From assembly GCA_951406725.2 (NCBI GenBank), contig OX597825.1, positions 4,154,001 to 4,218,000 on the forward strand: DNA of 64,000 bases, given 5' to 3'. The stretch is from Octopus vulgaris. Lineage: Eukaryota. Shown piece by piece: positions 42,201-54,499 of this stretch (the first letter of the stretch is position 1; each line of letters opens with the position of its first letter). The position numbers and the translations under genes are program-made. The notes under the pieces were generated by a model. It saw only the letters and a list, made by a program, of their open reading frames with translations. It had not been told where the DNA came from and ran no database searches.

Positions 42201-42251
42201 TCCGCAAACAATAACTCTCTGCTCGAATGGGCCTTGGTGCCCAAATCCTGA
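39234..42251 (+). CDS. LINE ORF2: AP-like endonuclease plus reverse transcriptase, 1005 aa, uninterrupted
   Basis: APE motifs LLNAQG, LTETHL, LYRPP, MGDFNLP, LDLIF, LSDH; RT motifs NYRPISLTS, QHGFR, YLDFSKAFDRVDH, GVPQGTVLGPLLF, FADD, RDLGV; C-terminal YSLQRRRERY. Confidence 0.96.
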   Translation: MPLKSNQINKSPKQLKPSTLASTFLLNAQGISPSTNTQKWKIRFLEDWVEAHPNHIPFFVLTETHLSDLHLEAEVKVKNFKTIRADRVGRRKGGTAIYVHDSFSTEAMNIFSNGYCEAVAVFSQTNNLTVVGLYRPPQTPLPCFKECLNSIKCFIQQCQPDNILMMGDFNLPGVDWSTNSLPPGSSLSTPDREAVESLLDFMDDFFLSQLVLEPTRCHKNVLDLIFSNHTDTIHNIAVEKTLLSDHDMVLCDLRFHWPKCKTNVIPPVHPFDTMDFHNANWEAINNDLAQVDWSFTHTYTPTNIKKSWQSLVDTITNICARHTPLRSANKSKCRIPRNRKSLIRKIKRINKKINMLKYCQQQHTNLTAISSLEIKKHKLQNNMMSIINSQRRAEEAWAIEKIKLNPKVFFSFAKKHRVTGSTVGPLIDENDILQDNAKTMGEILQKQYCSVFSNPDMTDLGCISDVTPQYTLSDITFGAPDVLAAIKEMKHNSAVGPDRFPACVLKMCQNQLAPPLASLWRNSLDAGYIPEDLLSQSVVPVFKKGNKSLAVNYRPISLTSHIIKVFERVLRSRMTYFLESHNMLNPNQHGFRNGRDCLTQLLHHFDDILRALGEGSNTDVIYLDFSKAFDRVDHKILLRKLSNIGVTGKLLQWIKCFLSNRTQHVVVEGVKSSPAKVSSGVPQGTVLGPLLFIIYINDITDTIKHSNIRTFADDSKLQKVINGVDDRINLQSDLLAVVQWAEKNNMLLNEDKFELIHFGREDALKLPYSLPSGEILMASNNIRDLGVTVDNNISWATHISSKVDMARRMCSWILRTFQSRDSHAIILLFSTFARPHLEYCCPLWSPYTKQNIMRIEAPQTSITKKIDGMSDLDYWGRLEKLKLYSLQRRRERYIICMMWKIFHQHCPNDIGITFKMHPRLGPRAIRPQQKSKSHHITTIRHNYFTSIGPALFNITPGHVKKETDHTKFKKSLDKFLQTVPDKPSTPGYVSANNNSLLEWALVPKS

Positions 42252-42337
42252 ACTGAAAGACTTCGCCAGGTGGTGCTATTAAGTTAGACATGGCCTGGGC
42301 CAATACTGGCCAAAAACCTTTCTAAGTTATTCTAAGT

Positions 42338-42340
<3 letters not shown>

Positions 42341-42390
<50 letters not shown>

Positions 42391-42434
42391 TATATATATA
42401 TATATATATATCATGTATATATATATATATATAT

Positions 42435-42498
<64 letters not shown>

Positions 42499-42518
42499 GT
42501 ATATATATATATATCATG

Positions 42519-42591
<73 letters not shown>

Positions 42592-42646
42592 ACATATATA
42601 TATGTATATATATATACATATATATGTATGTATGTATGTAAGTAGA

Positions 42647-42694
<48 letters not shown>

Positions 42695-42716
42695 TATAAT
42701 ATATATATATATATAT
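42341..42716. repeat. Long interrupted (TA)n microsatellite, representative of dozens of (TA)n/(CA)n/(TATC)n tracts in the window
   Basis: Direct reading. Confidence 0.98.
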
Positions 42717-42812
42717 GAATATGCGCTTTGTGTGAATTACTAATTTCTCTTTTATTATTTTTCTGGTTTCCAACAGAAAAATGTGTGTATATTAATATCT
42801 ATATCTATCTTC

Positions 42813-42877
<65 letters not shown>

Positions 42878-42896
42878 GATTATCTATATATCTGTC

Positions 42897-42964
<68 letters not shown>

Positions 42965-43960
42965 ATCTGTCTGTCTGTCTATCTATATGTGTGTGCGCGC
43001 GTGTCTACGTACGTATGTATGTGTGTGTACGTGTGTGGGTTGGTGAATGTATGTATATATAATTATATCTGTGTCACTACGAGTGTTTTTGTATCTACAT
43101 CTCCGAGCGTGCGTATGGCAAAACATTCGTTGGCTGGACTAAATGTTATCAATGAAACGCTGTGTTGATTTACGACAGACGATCGACGCATTTAATGTCT
43201 TTCTCTGAAAGATAAAATATAATTTGAGAAAGATTTCTTTTTATTTCAATCAGAAGCATTTAAAATCAAGTCACGCATTAAATATATGAGTAAAGTGTTT
43301 TGTTTAGTTGTATTTTGAGGATTTTTTTACTCACTGACTTATTGCCAACTATCTTAGTAGAAGTAATATTTTGATCTGATATTTTCTTTTAATGTTCTTA
43401 TACTATAACTGTGTGAACGTGTAAATCTTGCTTTTGAGAATAGAATTATCAAATAATGGCCAAATTACCTCAGTGGCTTAATCGTTATTATGTAGTATCT
43501 TCGATATCATTAACTAAGTATTAATTAATAAATATTTGATTGCTCACTCAATACGCTAATCTGCTCAACAACATCAATAATCTATTCTGAATACAGTCTC
43601 TCTTTATAATCAATGAACAATATTTTGCAACACATTTCGGTCAAAAGCTAATAAACGTAGATTTGCTCCATTCCAACTTCAATCTCATGGCCTGCTCCAT
43701 GTTTACTTTGCCACTATAAATTATGTATCTAGGCTGTCTTCCTTATTATGAAAGTAAAAAACCCATCGTGCATTCTATTGAAATTTAGTTCTGCTAGATC
43801 TGTTAAACTAGAGATGCAATGTAAAATATCGCTAAAATATCATTCTCAACTGGTGTATTTAACTTCAACTTTTCTATGTGGAAAATCCCTCATAGAAATA
43901 ATAAAGCGTTATTTGATGAAGATTTCATTCCATATTTCAATAATTAATTAACTATACATG

Positions 43961-44577
43961 CTCATTTCTACTCTAGGCACAAGGCTCGACATTTTGGGGG
44001 AAGGGGCCAATCGATTAGATCAACCCCAGTATGCAGCTGGTACTTAATTTATCGTCCTTGAACTGATGAAAAGCGAAGTCGACCTCGGCGGAATTCGAAC
44101 TGAGAACGTAAGGTCATACGAAATACCGCAAAGCATTTCTTCCGACGTGCTAACGTTTCTCATTCCTTTATTGCCCACAAGGGGATAAACATAGAGGAAG
44201 CAAACAAGGACAGGCAAACGGATTAAGTCGATTACATCGACCCCAGTGCGTAACTCGTACTTCATTTATCGACCGCAAAAGGATGAAAGGCAAAGTCGAC
44301 CTCGGCGGAATTTGAACTCAGAACATAACTACAGACGAAATACCTATTTCTTTATTACCCACAAGGGTCTAAACACAGAGGGGACAAGCAAGGACAGACA
44401 AACGCTTTAAGTCGATTACATCGATCCCAGTGCGTAACTGGTACTTGATTTATCGACCCCGAAAAGATGAAAGGCAAAATTGACGTCGGCGGAAATTGAA
44501 CTCAGAACGTAACGGCAGACGAAATACGGCTATGCATTTTGCCCGGCGTGCTAATGCTTCTGCCAGCTCGCCGCCTT
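43961..44577 (-). mobile_element. SINE family B trimer (tail A, tail A, tail B)
   Basis: Units 44577-44345, 44344-44161 and 44160-43961, each with the B box and core GAGTTCAAATTCCGCCGAGGTCGAC; candidate outer TSD TAACTATAC at 43949-43957 and 44581-44589. Confidence 0.9.
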
Positions 44578-47121
44578 AAATAACTATACGTATTATATTA
44601 TCACATGCTTTGTATTCACATTATATCTTTAGATAACCATATATTTAATACATTGCAGGAATAGAATTGTATTGTGTATATATTAGTATAAGATGAATCG
44701 ATTTAGTTTCATTGAAGTGATATGGCTTCACTCTGCGATTGATCGTAGTACACTATTAAAACAGATATCCAAACACGATTCTAAACGGAACAGCCATTCT
44801 AATAAATAACATACGAAAATCTCCATAAAATATCGTCGAAATTGTGTGGATAAGTTTCTATGGGCACGTTCCTGTTTTGCTTTTATATAAATATTAGGTA
44901 ATTGTCACTGGCTTTCCGAGTTAACACTTGTTCCCGGTATGAATGTTGGTCGAAACTATTTACACATCTATGAATAGGATACTTGATATCATTCCGATTT
45001 GAATACAATGGCAAATGTACACATTATTCTAAGTTCATATATAACATTTACTCAGGAGCTTACAATTTGTTTGAGAAGCGCCCATTAAAGGGATTGTAGA
45101 ACTTCACTGTGATGGTGCCGGTGGGGGGTCAAAGACAAGAATCGAACCTGGTGACAGTTGAAATCAGAACAGTGTGCGTACATACTTGGATGTATTTGTA
45201 TGATTTGCTAACATTTTGATGACTTCTTGGCACTCGAAGCATTACTGTTTCACCCAGTGGGTGTTGTGGTATAGGTGCATGTGCATATTATGTGTGGCGT
45301 CTGCGATAGATTATGTCAATACCGTAATTTCACTGTTTAAATTCAGACTCTCTTTTAACATTGATTCCTATCATTAGCTCAGTGAAGACATTTTGCCAGA
45401 AGAAAAAGTCGATAAATCGAATTCAGTATTTGGTTAGTAATCATTATAACATCCCCAATCCCACCCCGTGCACACATATACAATTTGATCATGGTGGGTA
45501 GGAATCGTAGCACAAATTAATAAATTGTAACAAACAAGTTATTTGATTAAATATAACACCTGCAGTTGAACAATATTATTGGAATGGCATACGTAATTAT
45601 GAAAAATTGGGTGACATTAGCAGAATTGAATATCTGCCGCCACGTTAAATAAAAAAAAGCAACTTTATCTACGAAGATGATTGTAATGGCCAAAAGTGAT
45701 ATAACAAGCAACAAAATGGCTGGTGACAGAATCGTTGGTGGATCGGAAATATATGCAACACGGTATTTGTAGCATCGATTTATGGTTTTAGCTCAAAACT
45801 TGCCGTGATCAACAGTGTATCAATCCTGCTGGGGGAGGGGTGATACAATAGACTAAATCACTCTCTCTCCACAATTGCTGGCCACGTGCCTACATCAAAA
45901 TTCATTATTACAAGCGACAACGTGTCTCATATAATACTGTACTCCGACTATAACACAGACTCGTGACATTTCTGCTCTTTTACGGTTACATTTGCTGATA
46001 TGGGCTGATATTTAATGAAGATCATTTTCAAACTGCCTGTTCAAGATGTTTCATGCCGTTTGGTGTTCAGTGATTGGCACAAAAGCATCAACATGTCTAA
46101 TTTTCTCTTCCCTAGAGCATTCACTAATTATGAATCCAATATTTACGTCCACGTAATGAGGATGGAGGAATAAGCTGTAGGCAAGTGAATTATTCACTGC
46201 GGCTTCTGATTTCGGTCAGAGACATTTCATTCCGTTTACGTCATCGATGCCTTCGGGAGATGCATTGCGTCAGAGCTGACCATCCTTCTTCCCGAACCAA
46301 GGCAGCATTTTATTTCTGGTTGCAAGGAAGGCGATATTTAATTTCATTAAATGTTTCCATGATATTCACATAAGTTGGTCTTTAGAATAGAATCTAGTTC
46401 ACCTTAGAACATTCAGCTGAGTTGTATCGTGTAATATTATTAATAACTAGCTATTTGTATCGAGCGAATTAATAGCATTAATTGTCTTTTAATATCATCG
46501 TATCGATTGAAGAGATCAGTCCGCTCTTTACTTGAGAATATCTCAATAAATTTGAAGAAATTAATTGTTTCATACGCTAATGGTAATCGATATCAACGGT
46601 ATATATAATTCGCTTAAGAAGATAAGGAATAAATCTTTGTATGAACTCCAGTGTCTATGTAGCTATTAATTATAAAAGTATATTGACCAAAAGAAGAAAG
46701 TATAAATCACTGACGATCTGTAACTGTGTTTTTAAGCCTCTTGAAAATTAACGAATTTTACCTGGAGAGACAACGTGATTTGTAATGCCCAGTCACGCAG
46801 TTAAATTGAGTAAAGTGTAGTCTCTCGGCCTAATTCTTGCTGACTTACATTTTTTCGTATTTTAAAAATATTCTAATTTAGGGACACGTTATTCTCTTTA
46901 ATATTACTTTATGTAAACTATGAAGTTGAACCCGATTACCCTGCACGTGCACGCACGCCCCCCCCCCACACACACAAACACACACACATACACACACACA
47001 TAGAGTATAACTGTAGAAGCTACATTTATTGTCAGTGATTTCTTCAATAGTTATGAATCACATAGTTTAGACGACCGATATCCCTGATTTTTCTCGCCAT
47101 ATCTCTTTTTCTAAATTTACA

Positions 47122-47187
47122 GGTTATTTCATCTCTGTATACAACATCGTGTGATACCACAATGCTATACACAGAGATGAATTAACC
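47122..47187 (-). other. Isolated 66-nt hairpin (30-bp stem, 6-nt loop), pre-miRNA-sized
   Basis: GGTTATTTCATCTCTGTATACAACATCGTG / CACAATGCTATACACAGAGATGAATTAACC: 25/30 Watson-Crick pairs; 4 of the 5 mismatches become G-U on the minus strand. Function unproven. Confidence 0.4.
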
Positions 47188-48168
47188 AATTGTTTTTACC
47201 ATGTTAGATGATTTTTTTTATCCAAACTTTTCTTTTCTTTTTCCACAATTTCTCCTGAGGTTGGTTGTTGCGTAATTCTTAACCCGGTATTTCAGTAATA
47301 ACTATAGAAATACTTGTCTGGTTTGTGCTATTGTTTATTTTCGTGTTGGCATACAACCCATGCTTTTTCCATGATACATTACACATGGTACCTACAAATA
47401 TTGACCCATTGCAACATGCTATATTTTATAAGAATATTCCACATAAGTATGACCGCAACAGACTTTTACCAATAGAACAAGTGAGTCCCAACGGCAGCTA
47501 ATGGCTAATACACCTGTACATACGATAACACACCTCTATTCTTTTGCATACTCACACACTTAGTTATAAACCTAAATATAAGCATAATCCAAATGATTGG
47601 TGCTCGCGCGTGCGTGTCCGTCTGTCTGTCTGTGTGTCTGCGTGAATGCCTATGTACAATGACGCCTATGCAATTTCCGTATACACTAAGCATAAAATGA
47701 ACTCATTCAATGAATTTGGTCCATTTTATTACTTACAGGTTCCAAACCAATTGCTACATTGTAAGTTACTGCTACTTATATATAACTAATGTGTTTATGG
47801 GGAACATGGCAAATCCATATTGCAGTATGTATCCTAAGCTTCTATGCCAAATGGCATTTACAAACAACTAAATATAAATACCTTGTTTCATATTTGATAT
47901 TTTATTTTACAAAGCTTTCACATAGTCACCGACTGCTATAATAGAGACCAGTATAATAGACTAGTATAATATAGTATACTCAAAAGATTACGTCAATTTA
48001 TCCACTTAAATAACATTTCCTCCTTCTGCCAAGTGAACGAGATGTCACGTTACATGTTTGCAGTCTCGTTGGCATTCTGAATTAGAGGACTATCATATTC
48101 TCGGAACCTTGACACATACATACATATAGGCATACATACATTCATAATAATCTCTCTCTCCTTCTCTG

Positions 48169-48268
<100 letters not shown>

Positions 48269-48346
48269 CATACATATGCATGCATATACATATAAACACA
48301 TGTGTGTGGGTCTGTGAGAGTGTGGGAGTGTGTGCATTTGTATATC

Positions 48347-48388
<42 letters not shown>

Positions 48389-48706
48389 CATACAAACATA
48401 TGCATGCATATACATATATATATATATGTGGGTGTTCTCTGCGGGAGTGTGGGAGTGTGTGTATTTGTACATATATGTGATTGTGTGAGTGTGCGTGTGC
48501 GTGTGCGAGTGTATGGAGAAACGGGTGAAGGAATTAATACTTTAATATATAAATATCCATTATTAAAATTTTGTATAACCCTCACAAGTTAATAATTGGA
48601 ACTTTGCGATATCTTGCTGTCAAATTCTTATTAATATAATCAGACTTATATTAAAAATAAACCATGTTAACAAACACGCGTCATCTGCTAATATTTATAA
48701 GCCTCA

Positions 48707-49260
48707 ACGAAATGCTTGGTGGTATTTCGTTTGTCTTTACGTTCTGAGTTCAAATTCCGCCGAGGTCGACCTTGCCTTTCGTCCTTTCGGGGTCGATAAA
48801 TTAAGTCCCAGTGACGCACTGGGGTCGATATAATCGGACTTAATCCATTTGTCTGTCCTTGTTTGTCCGCGGCGTGTTTAGCCCCTTGTGGGTAGTAAAG
48901 AAATATGTATTTCGTTTGTCTTTACGTTCTGAGTTCAAATTCCGCCGAGGTCGATTTTGCCTTTCATCCTTTCGGGGTCGATAAATTAAGTACCAGTGAC
49001 GCACTGGGGTCGATATAATCGGACTTAATCCATTTGTCTGTCCTTGTTTGTCCGCGGCGTGTTTAGCCCCTTGTGGGTAGTAAAGGAATAGGTATTTCGT
49101 TTGTCTTTACGTTCTGAGTTCAAATTCCGCCGAGGTCAACTTTCCCCTAAATACTCACGGGGTCGATAAAGTAAGTATCATTTGCGTACAGGGCTCGATC
49201 TAATCGACTGCCTCCTTCTCCCAATATTTCGGGCCTTTTGCCTAGAGTAGAAAAGAAAAA
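48707..49260 (+). mobile_element. SINE family B trimer (tail A, tail A, tail B), 185-bp period, with 17-bp TSD
   Basis: (G/T)GTATTTCGTTTGTCTTTACGTTCTGAGTTCAAATTCCGCCGAGGTC at 48721, 48906 and 49091; TSD AATATTTATAAGCCTCA (48690-48706) / AATATTTGTAAGCTTCA (49261-49277). Confidence 0.92.
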
Positions 49261-50167
49261 AATATTTGTAAGCTTCATTTATAATGCCGTAGAAGATACA
49301 ATCTATTCTACATTAAAATCGTTTCTGCGCATGTTAAAACCAGCCTTATACTAAATTTAACACAGAACATGTCACACAACTGCAGCCATATATTTTAAGA
49401 GAGATTTATCTAAATGCATATCTCAGTACTTTTTTCACAATATCAAGAAATCAACTACAGTAGTTCAACAATTCTAATTTTGTTCATAATTTCATTGCAT
49501 TTAATATAATATCATGCAAAGGAGATTCCATTTATAGTATCCAAGCCAGGTTTCCATACTAGACAATATACAATACTTGAGTTTCATTTTTCGTCAAATT
49601 CTGTCGCTCTTTTTCTCTCTGTGTTTCCTGTTTTAGAATTAAACATTTTATGCCACAAACCCCACCCACATTCTCATATTTTTACTTACCGTTATTTTAA
49701 TATTGTTTGTAAGGAAATTAATTTTATCAGCTTATCAACCAACATATAAACAATTGCATGGAAGTTAAGTTTCGATATAAAACAACACAACGAGATATAG
49801 ACTATAATTTCTCTATTTTAATTAACGTAATTCTGTACGACATTCTTTTATCACAAAATTGAGGTGCATTTTATCTTGCTAACATTCAACTATTCAACAC
49901 AAAGAGAAATACTAAGCCTCGACTCGTCTGGCAAGTATAACTGCCAGAAAAAGATCGACGAAAAATGTTTAACAATATTAAATCGAATCAATACAAATCG
50001 CGTACTCGAGGCAAACTAGCTTTCAACATTAATGTCACATTTTTTTCCAGTCCGATGCCTTTTCAATTGTTATATTTACATCACACCAAAATGGTAAAAA
50101 AAAAAAAGTGAATCTTCTCTGCATCTTCACATTCATATACGTCTCTGCTATTCATAATATGTAACCA

Positions 50168-50234
50168 GTTACCAACAGAGAGTTACCAGAGAGTTACCAA
50201 CAGAGAGTTACCAACAGAGAGTTACCAACAGAGA
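50168..50234 (+). repeat. 14-bp minisatellite (GTTACCAACAGAGA)x~5
   Basis: Direct reading; one unit is shortened. Confidence 0.95.
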
Positions 50235-50352
50235 ATGGCAACTATACGTAGTAAGGCATACATAAAAACTGCAATACACAGACATTCATTTCTCTCCTTT
50301 TCTAACTCTCTCCCTCACTACCTCTCTCTGTCTCTGTCACTCACACACACAC

Positions 50353-50403
<51 letters not shown>

Positions 50404-50522
50404 TAGACACCTACACTGACAGTCATATACCCATATACCTTAATAGATATAGTTGCGTGTGTGTTTGCTTACATCTATATATATATATATATATATATAT
50501 ATAGATAGATAGATATATATAT

Positions 50523-50561
<39 letters not shown>

Positions 50562-51837
50562 TGTAGTTACGTACACATAACTGTATCTATATATATATAC
50601 ACATACGCATACGTACACACGTATACGCACATACGTACACAAACACAAATACACATGCACACATCTATGAGGAGATGCTAAATGTCCCTCTCTTTAAGGG
50701 TCTTGCGGAGGGTTTTTCCAGGTCCAAATTTCAGAGTTAGTCTCACGGCTAAAGCACCCGAAGGGGTGCTTCAACAAGTGTGTGAATCTCGGAGGAGATT
50801 TGCTTGTGGATACGAAGAAAAAGAAAGAAAGAAGGATGGAACGAAAGAAAGCCAAAAGGAAAGAAAGAAAGAAAGAAGAAAAGGGAAGGAGAGGAAGAGA
50901 GCGAAGAGAGTGGAATACTGCAATATGTAAATCTTCTCAATCCATAAATCGGTTTCTTTCTTCTGCAGATAGTCTGTTGTGGCAATGTAATTTCTTTTGA
51001 TTCGGAATTATTAAGGACCAGTAAATGGAGATGGTTCTTGCATGATTAGATAACTTTCTATATTCTATGAATTGTTTTCTTAATCTTTATATTATAATCT
51101 CCTATCCACAGGAATAAATCTCGCATCAAATAGGAGGTTAAACGCCGTTGAAGACTGCCTTTCGTGTAATTGTTCACGATTTGGTATAATCGCAATTGCA
51201 AACATTCAATGGGCTCCGGTTCAAAGTTAGCGAATACATTTATTGCATTTCACATTTGTTATTTTTTTCGCCAGGTTATATTCTTTTTCACATTAACCTT
51301 GTTTTCAAGCGTTACAAGTTAAAAGGCGAACATAGAATAAACCATTCAAAGATAGATCAATACGAAACGTAAATTCCAAAGTCTATAGGAAAAAAAAAAA
51401 TAATCGATTTAAATATACAACATTTTTAGTGAAGACCTACTTTCAAAAATCTAGGGAAGTATTTTACCGATTTCCATGTGTAACATTGTTAGTAGAAACC
51501 TATTTTTAAATACATCCATGTTACTTATATCATTTCTGCGCTTACATTGCATTTCATATTCATATTCTAACACACTTTCTTCCATTTTTCGACTAAAATG
51601 TGCCAGTATGAAATTGTGAACGTATTCTCATATTCAACTTTTCTTACCGAAAAAAATGTCTGTACGCGCAGATACAAAGGAAAACACAAGCCCACTCTTT
51701 CAGTACTCACACTTTGCATACACACACACACATACACACACACATACGCACACATACACATAACCTCACACGCTCACACACACACTCCCCCACAGAACCA
51801 CATACAGAATCGCCCACACGCACACTGAGAAGGTCAC

Positions 51838-51911
<74 letters not shown>

Positions 51912-51970
51912 TTATATATATATATACATATATATATATATTTATATATATATATACATATATATATATA

Positions 51971-52048
51971 TCCAAGGCTTTGAGTACATCTTCAATGTGG
52001 TGTAAGAGCTGTGTTAGACAGTCCCTGCCACAGCGAAAGCCATGTTGA
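51971..52048 (-). mobile_element. 78-bp internal RT fragment of a LINE related to 39234-42251, inside (TA)n
   Basis: Translates [25 protein letters not shown] versus [25 protein letters not shown] in the intact ORF2. Confidence 0.88.
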
Positions 52049-52099
52049 TATATATATATATACACATATATATATATATATAAATATATATATATATAA

Positions 52100-52137
<38 letters not shown>

Positions 52138-52179
52138 GTGTGCGTGTGTGTAAACATGTATATATCTACATATATTTGA

Positions 52180-52480
52180 GGATGTTGAACAAAACACCCA
52201 TGTTTCCTAAGGTGAAGTATCTAAACACGCAAATAATACATCTCAACAGATGGCTACGATGCTCCCCAACTATTTCTACTTGTGCTCAGAGATGCATACA
52301 TGATCAGCCACTAAAGGAAATGCTCAACTGGTTAAGGTCAAGCAACTGGCAAGCAAATCTGTGGTATTGAGCACAATATTTGCTGAAGCCCATCTTTTAT
52401 ACGAAGTGAAAACTATGTGCATAATAACACTTCCAATCAGTTAAGATCAGAAGCCATGAGAACCACTGCCTGGTTCTGCA
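52180..52480. repeat. Unclassified dispersed repeat; second diverged copy at ~53790-53950
   Basis: Shared ATGGCTA...TCAGAGATGCA...ATGCTCAA...GGTCAA.CAACTG.CAAGCAAATCTGT.GTATT.AGCA.AATATTTGCTG. Confidence 0.75.
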
Positions 52481-52522
52481 TTTTCATTATAATTATTTAG
52501 CACGCCGGGCCAAATTCTTAGC

Positions 52523-52720
<198 letters not shown>

Positions 52721-54499
52721 CCTGCAGCTAGTCCGATCTATCAAAAGTCTCTGGTTTACCAAATTAAATATATTCCTTATAAATTCGATACATTATAATT
52801 TAGTGTGACACACATTTTCGTTGAAGTAGGGAACTTGATGAAGACTTCACTACAAATCCAAATTCAAAACTCTTATAGTATCTAAAGTAAATTTATTTTA
52901 AGAGGATGTTTATGACACGATATTCGTGCTATATTTACAATAATACGTGTATATACCTACGATCTGCATGCCTTCATCGAAGAGGAACTTTCCAGTCACA
53001 CCTAACACGTTGTGTTCGAATGTAATCCATAAGAAGTGAAATTATACGCATATAGCCACAAGAGTTTCTATTATATGAGTGTGTAAATGTGTGTATGAAT
53101 GCATGTGTATATATGAGCACATATATTGGTATGTATACATGGATTTATGTATGTGTGTGTGTATATATATATATATATGGAGAGAGAGAGACAAAGAAAT
53201 ATATATATGCGCGCTGGTGGTACACACATAATATACATGTATGTAAGCGTATATATATGTGCGTGTGTATGTGTGTGTTTGTGCATGTGCCTGTTTATAT
53301 ATGTATGTATGCGTATGCATGTATGTATGTGTACATATACGTGTGCGTACGTATGCATATATGTGTATATGTGTGCATGCGTATGTATGTGTATGCGTTT
53401 GTGCATGTGCCTGTTTATATATGTATGTATGCGTATACATATTTGTATACCTATATATGTATGTGTGTGCGTATATATGTATATATGTGTATGTGTGCAT
53501 GCGTATGCGTGTGTGTGTGTGTGTGCGTGTGCGTTTGTGCATGTTCCTGTTTGTGCGCACTTGTACGGGGGCGTGCCTGTATGGTTGGACCAATGCAAAC
53601 TGAATGGGAACAACTAGCTGTAAATCGGAACAATGACACATATACGGTCAAGAACATACTTCACCCCATTCCCAGAACAAAATTAAATAAGGCTCTGTAA
53701 GGCGTCTTTTTTCCTTGGGAAGCCTCAGCTATTTTCTGTTTGCTCAACCATAAAGTGCACTAAGAATGACTGATATTTGCTTCAAACAATGCATTTATAA
53801 CATTTATTCAAACCCCCAAACGCTCTAAACCCATGGCTATGTTCCTCCCCTAATACTCCTGCTCATGATCAGAGATGCACATGCTCAATTGGGTATGGTC
53901 AAACAACTGACAAGCAAATCTGTTGTATTTAGCAGAATATTTGCTGTAGCGATATTTTGGCTTCAGCACCTCAAAGCTAAATCTGAAATGTAAGGGGAAA
54001 TTAGACAGTTTCAAAATATATATATATATATATATATCCAGATCACAAAGTTTGAAGAGGATAGTAGTCATTTCCTTTGATTAAAATATAGAGAGGCAAA
54101 TGAACAAAGACAATAAAAAAAATTGGAATTTTGTTACACAGTGTATTTCTGGTGTTCTTGTTGCTATTGTATATGTTTCGCTGTTCAACCAAATATGAGT
54201 CGCTAATAAGAAACGACTCGATAGGTTTTCTGGAATTAAAAATTAGTTCCATGGAACTATAAAACCGTATCTTCTTACACTTTACAGTGCAACCAAAATA
54301 ATATACATAGCAGTAGAATAATTCCTACAAGAATACCAACACGCCCGCACACTCATACACACGCGCGCACGCACATACACGCAGACACACAAGCACACAC
54401 ACATACATACGCACACATGAAAAAAGATATATAGAAACACGCACATAAGCAAACACACACACACATATACACACACACACATATATATATATATATATG

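Larger units (their letters stand above)
39107..42340 (+). mobile_element. CR1-group (CR1/L2/Crack-like) LINE, 5'-truncated within ORF1, inserted in (TA)n
   Basis: Intact ORF2; short 3' UTR ending in (TCTAAGTTAT)x2; both flanks are (TA)n. Exact clade not determinable by eye. Confidence 0.92.

Noticed and set aside
47100-47125. Splice-acceptor-like TCTCTTTTTCTAAATTTACAG
   Set aside because: No recognisable exon or donor downstream; such motifs are common by chance in AT-rich DNA.
48707-49260. Regular repeats as a possible CRISPR array
   Set aside because: Units are 185-bp SINE bodies without unique spacers; eukaryotic context and no cas genes.
53042-53640. Long 160-200 aa ORFs on both strands
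   Set aside because: Degenerate purine-pyrimidine alternating repeat with a 120-bp internal duplication; stop-free by composition.
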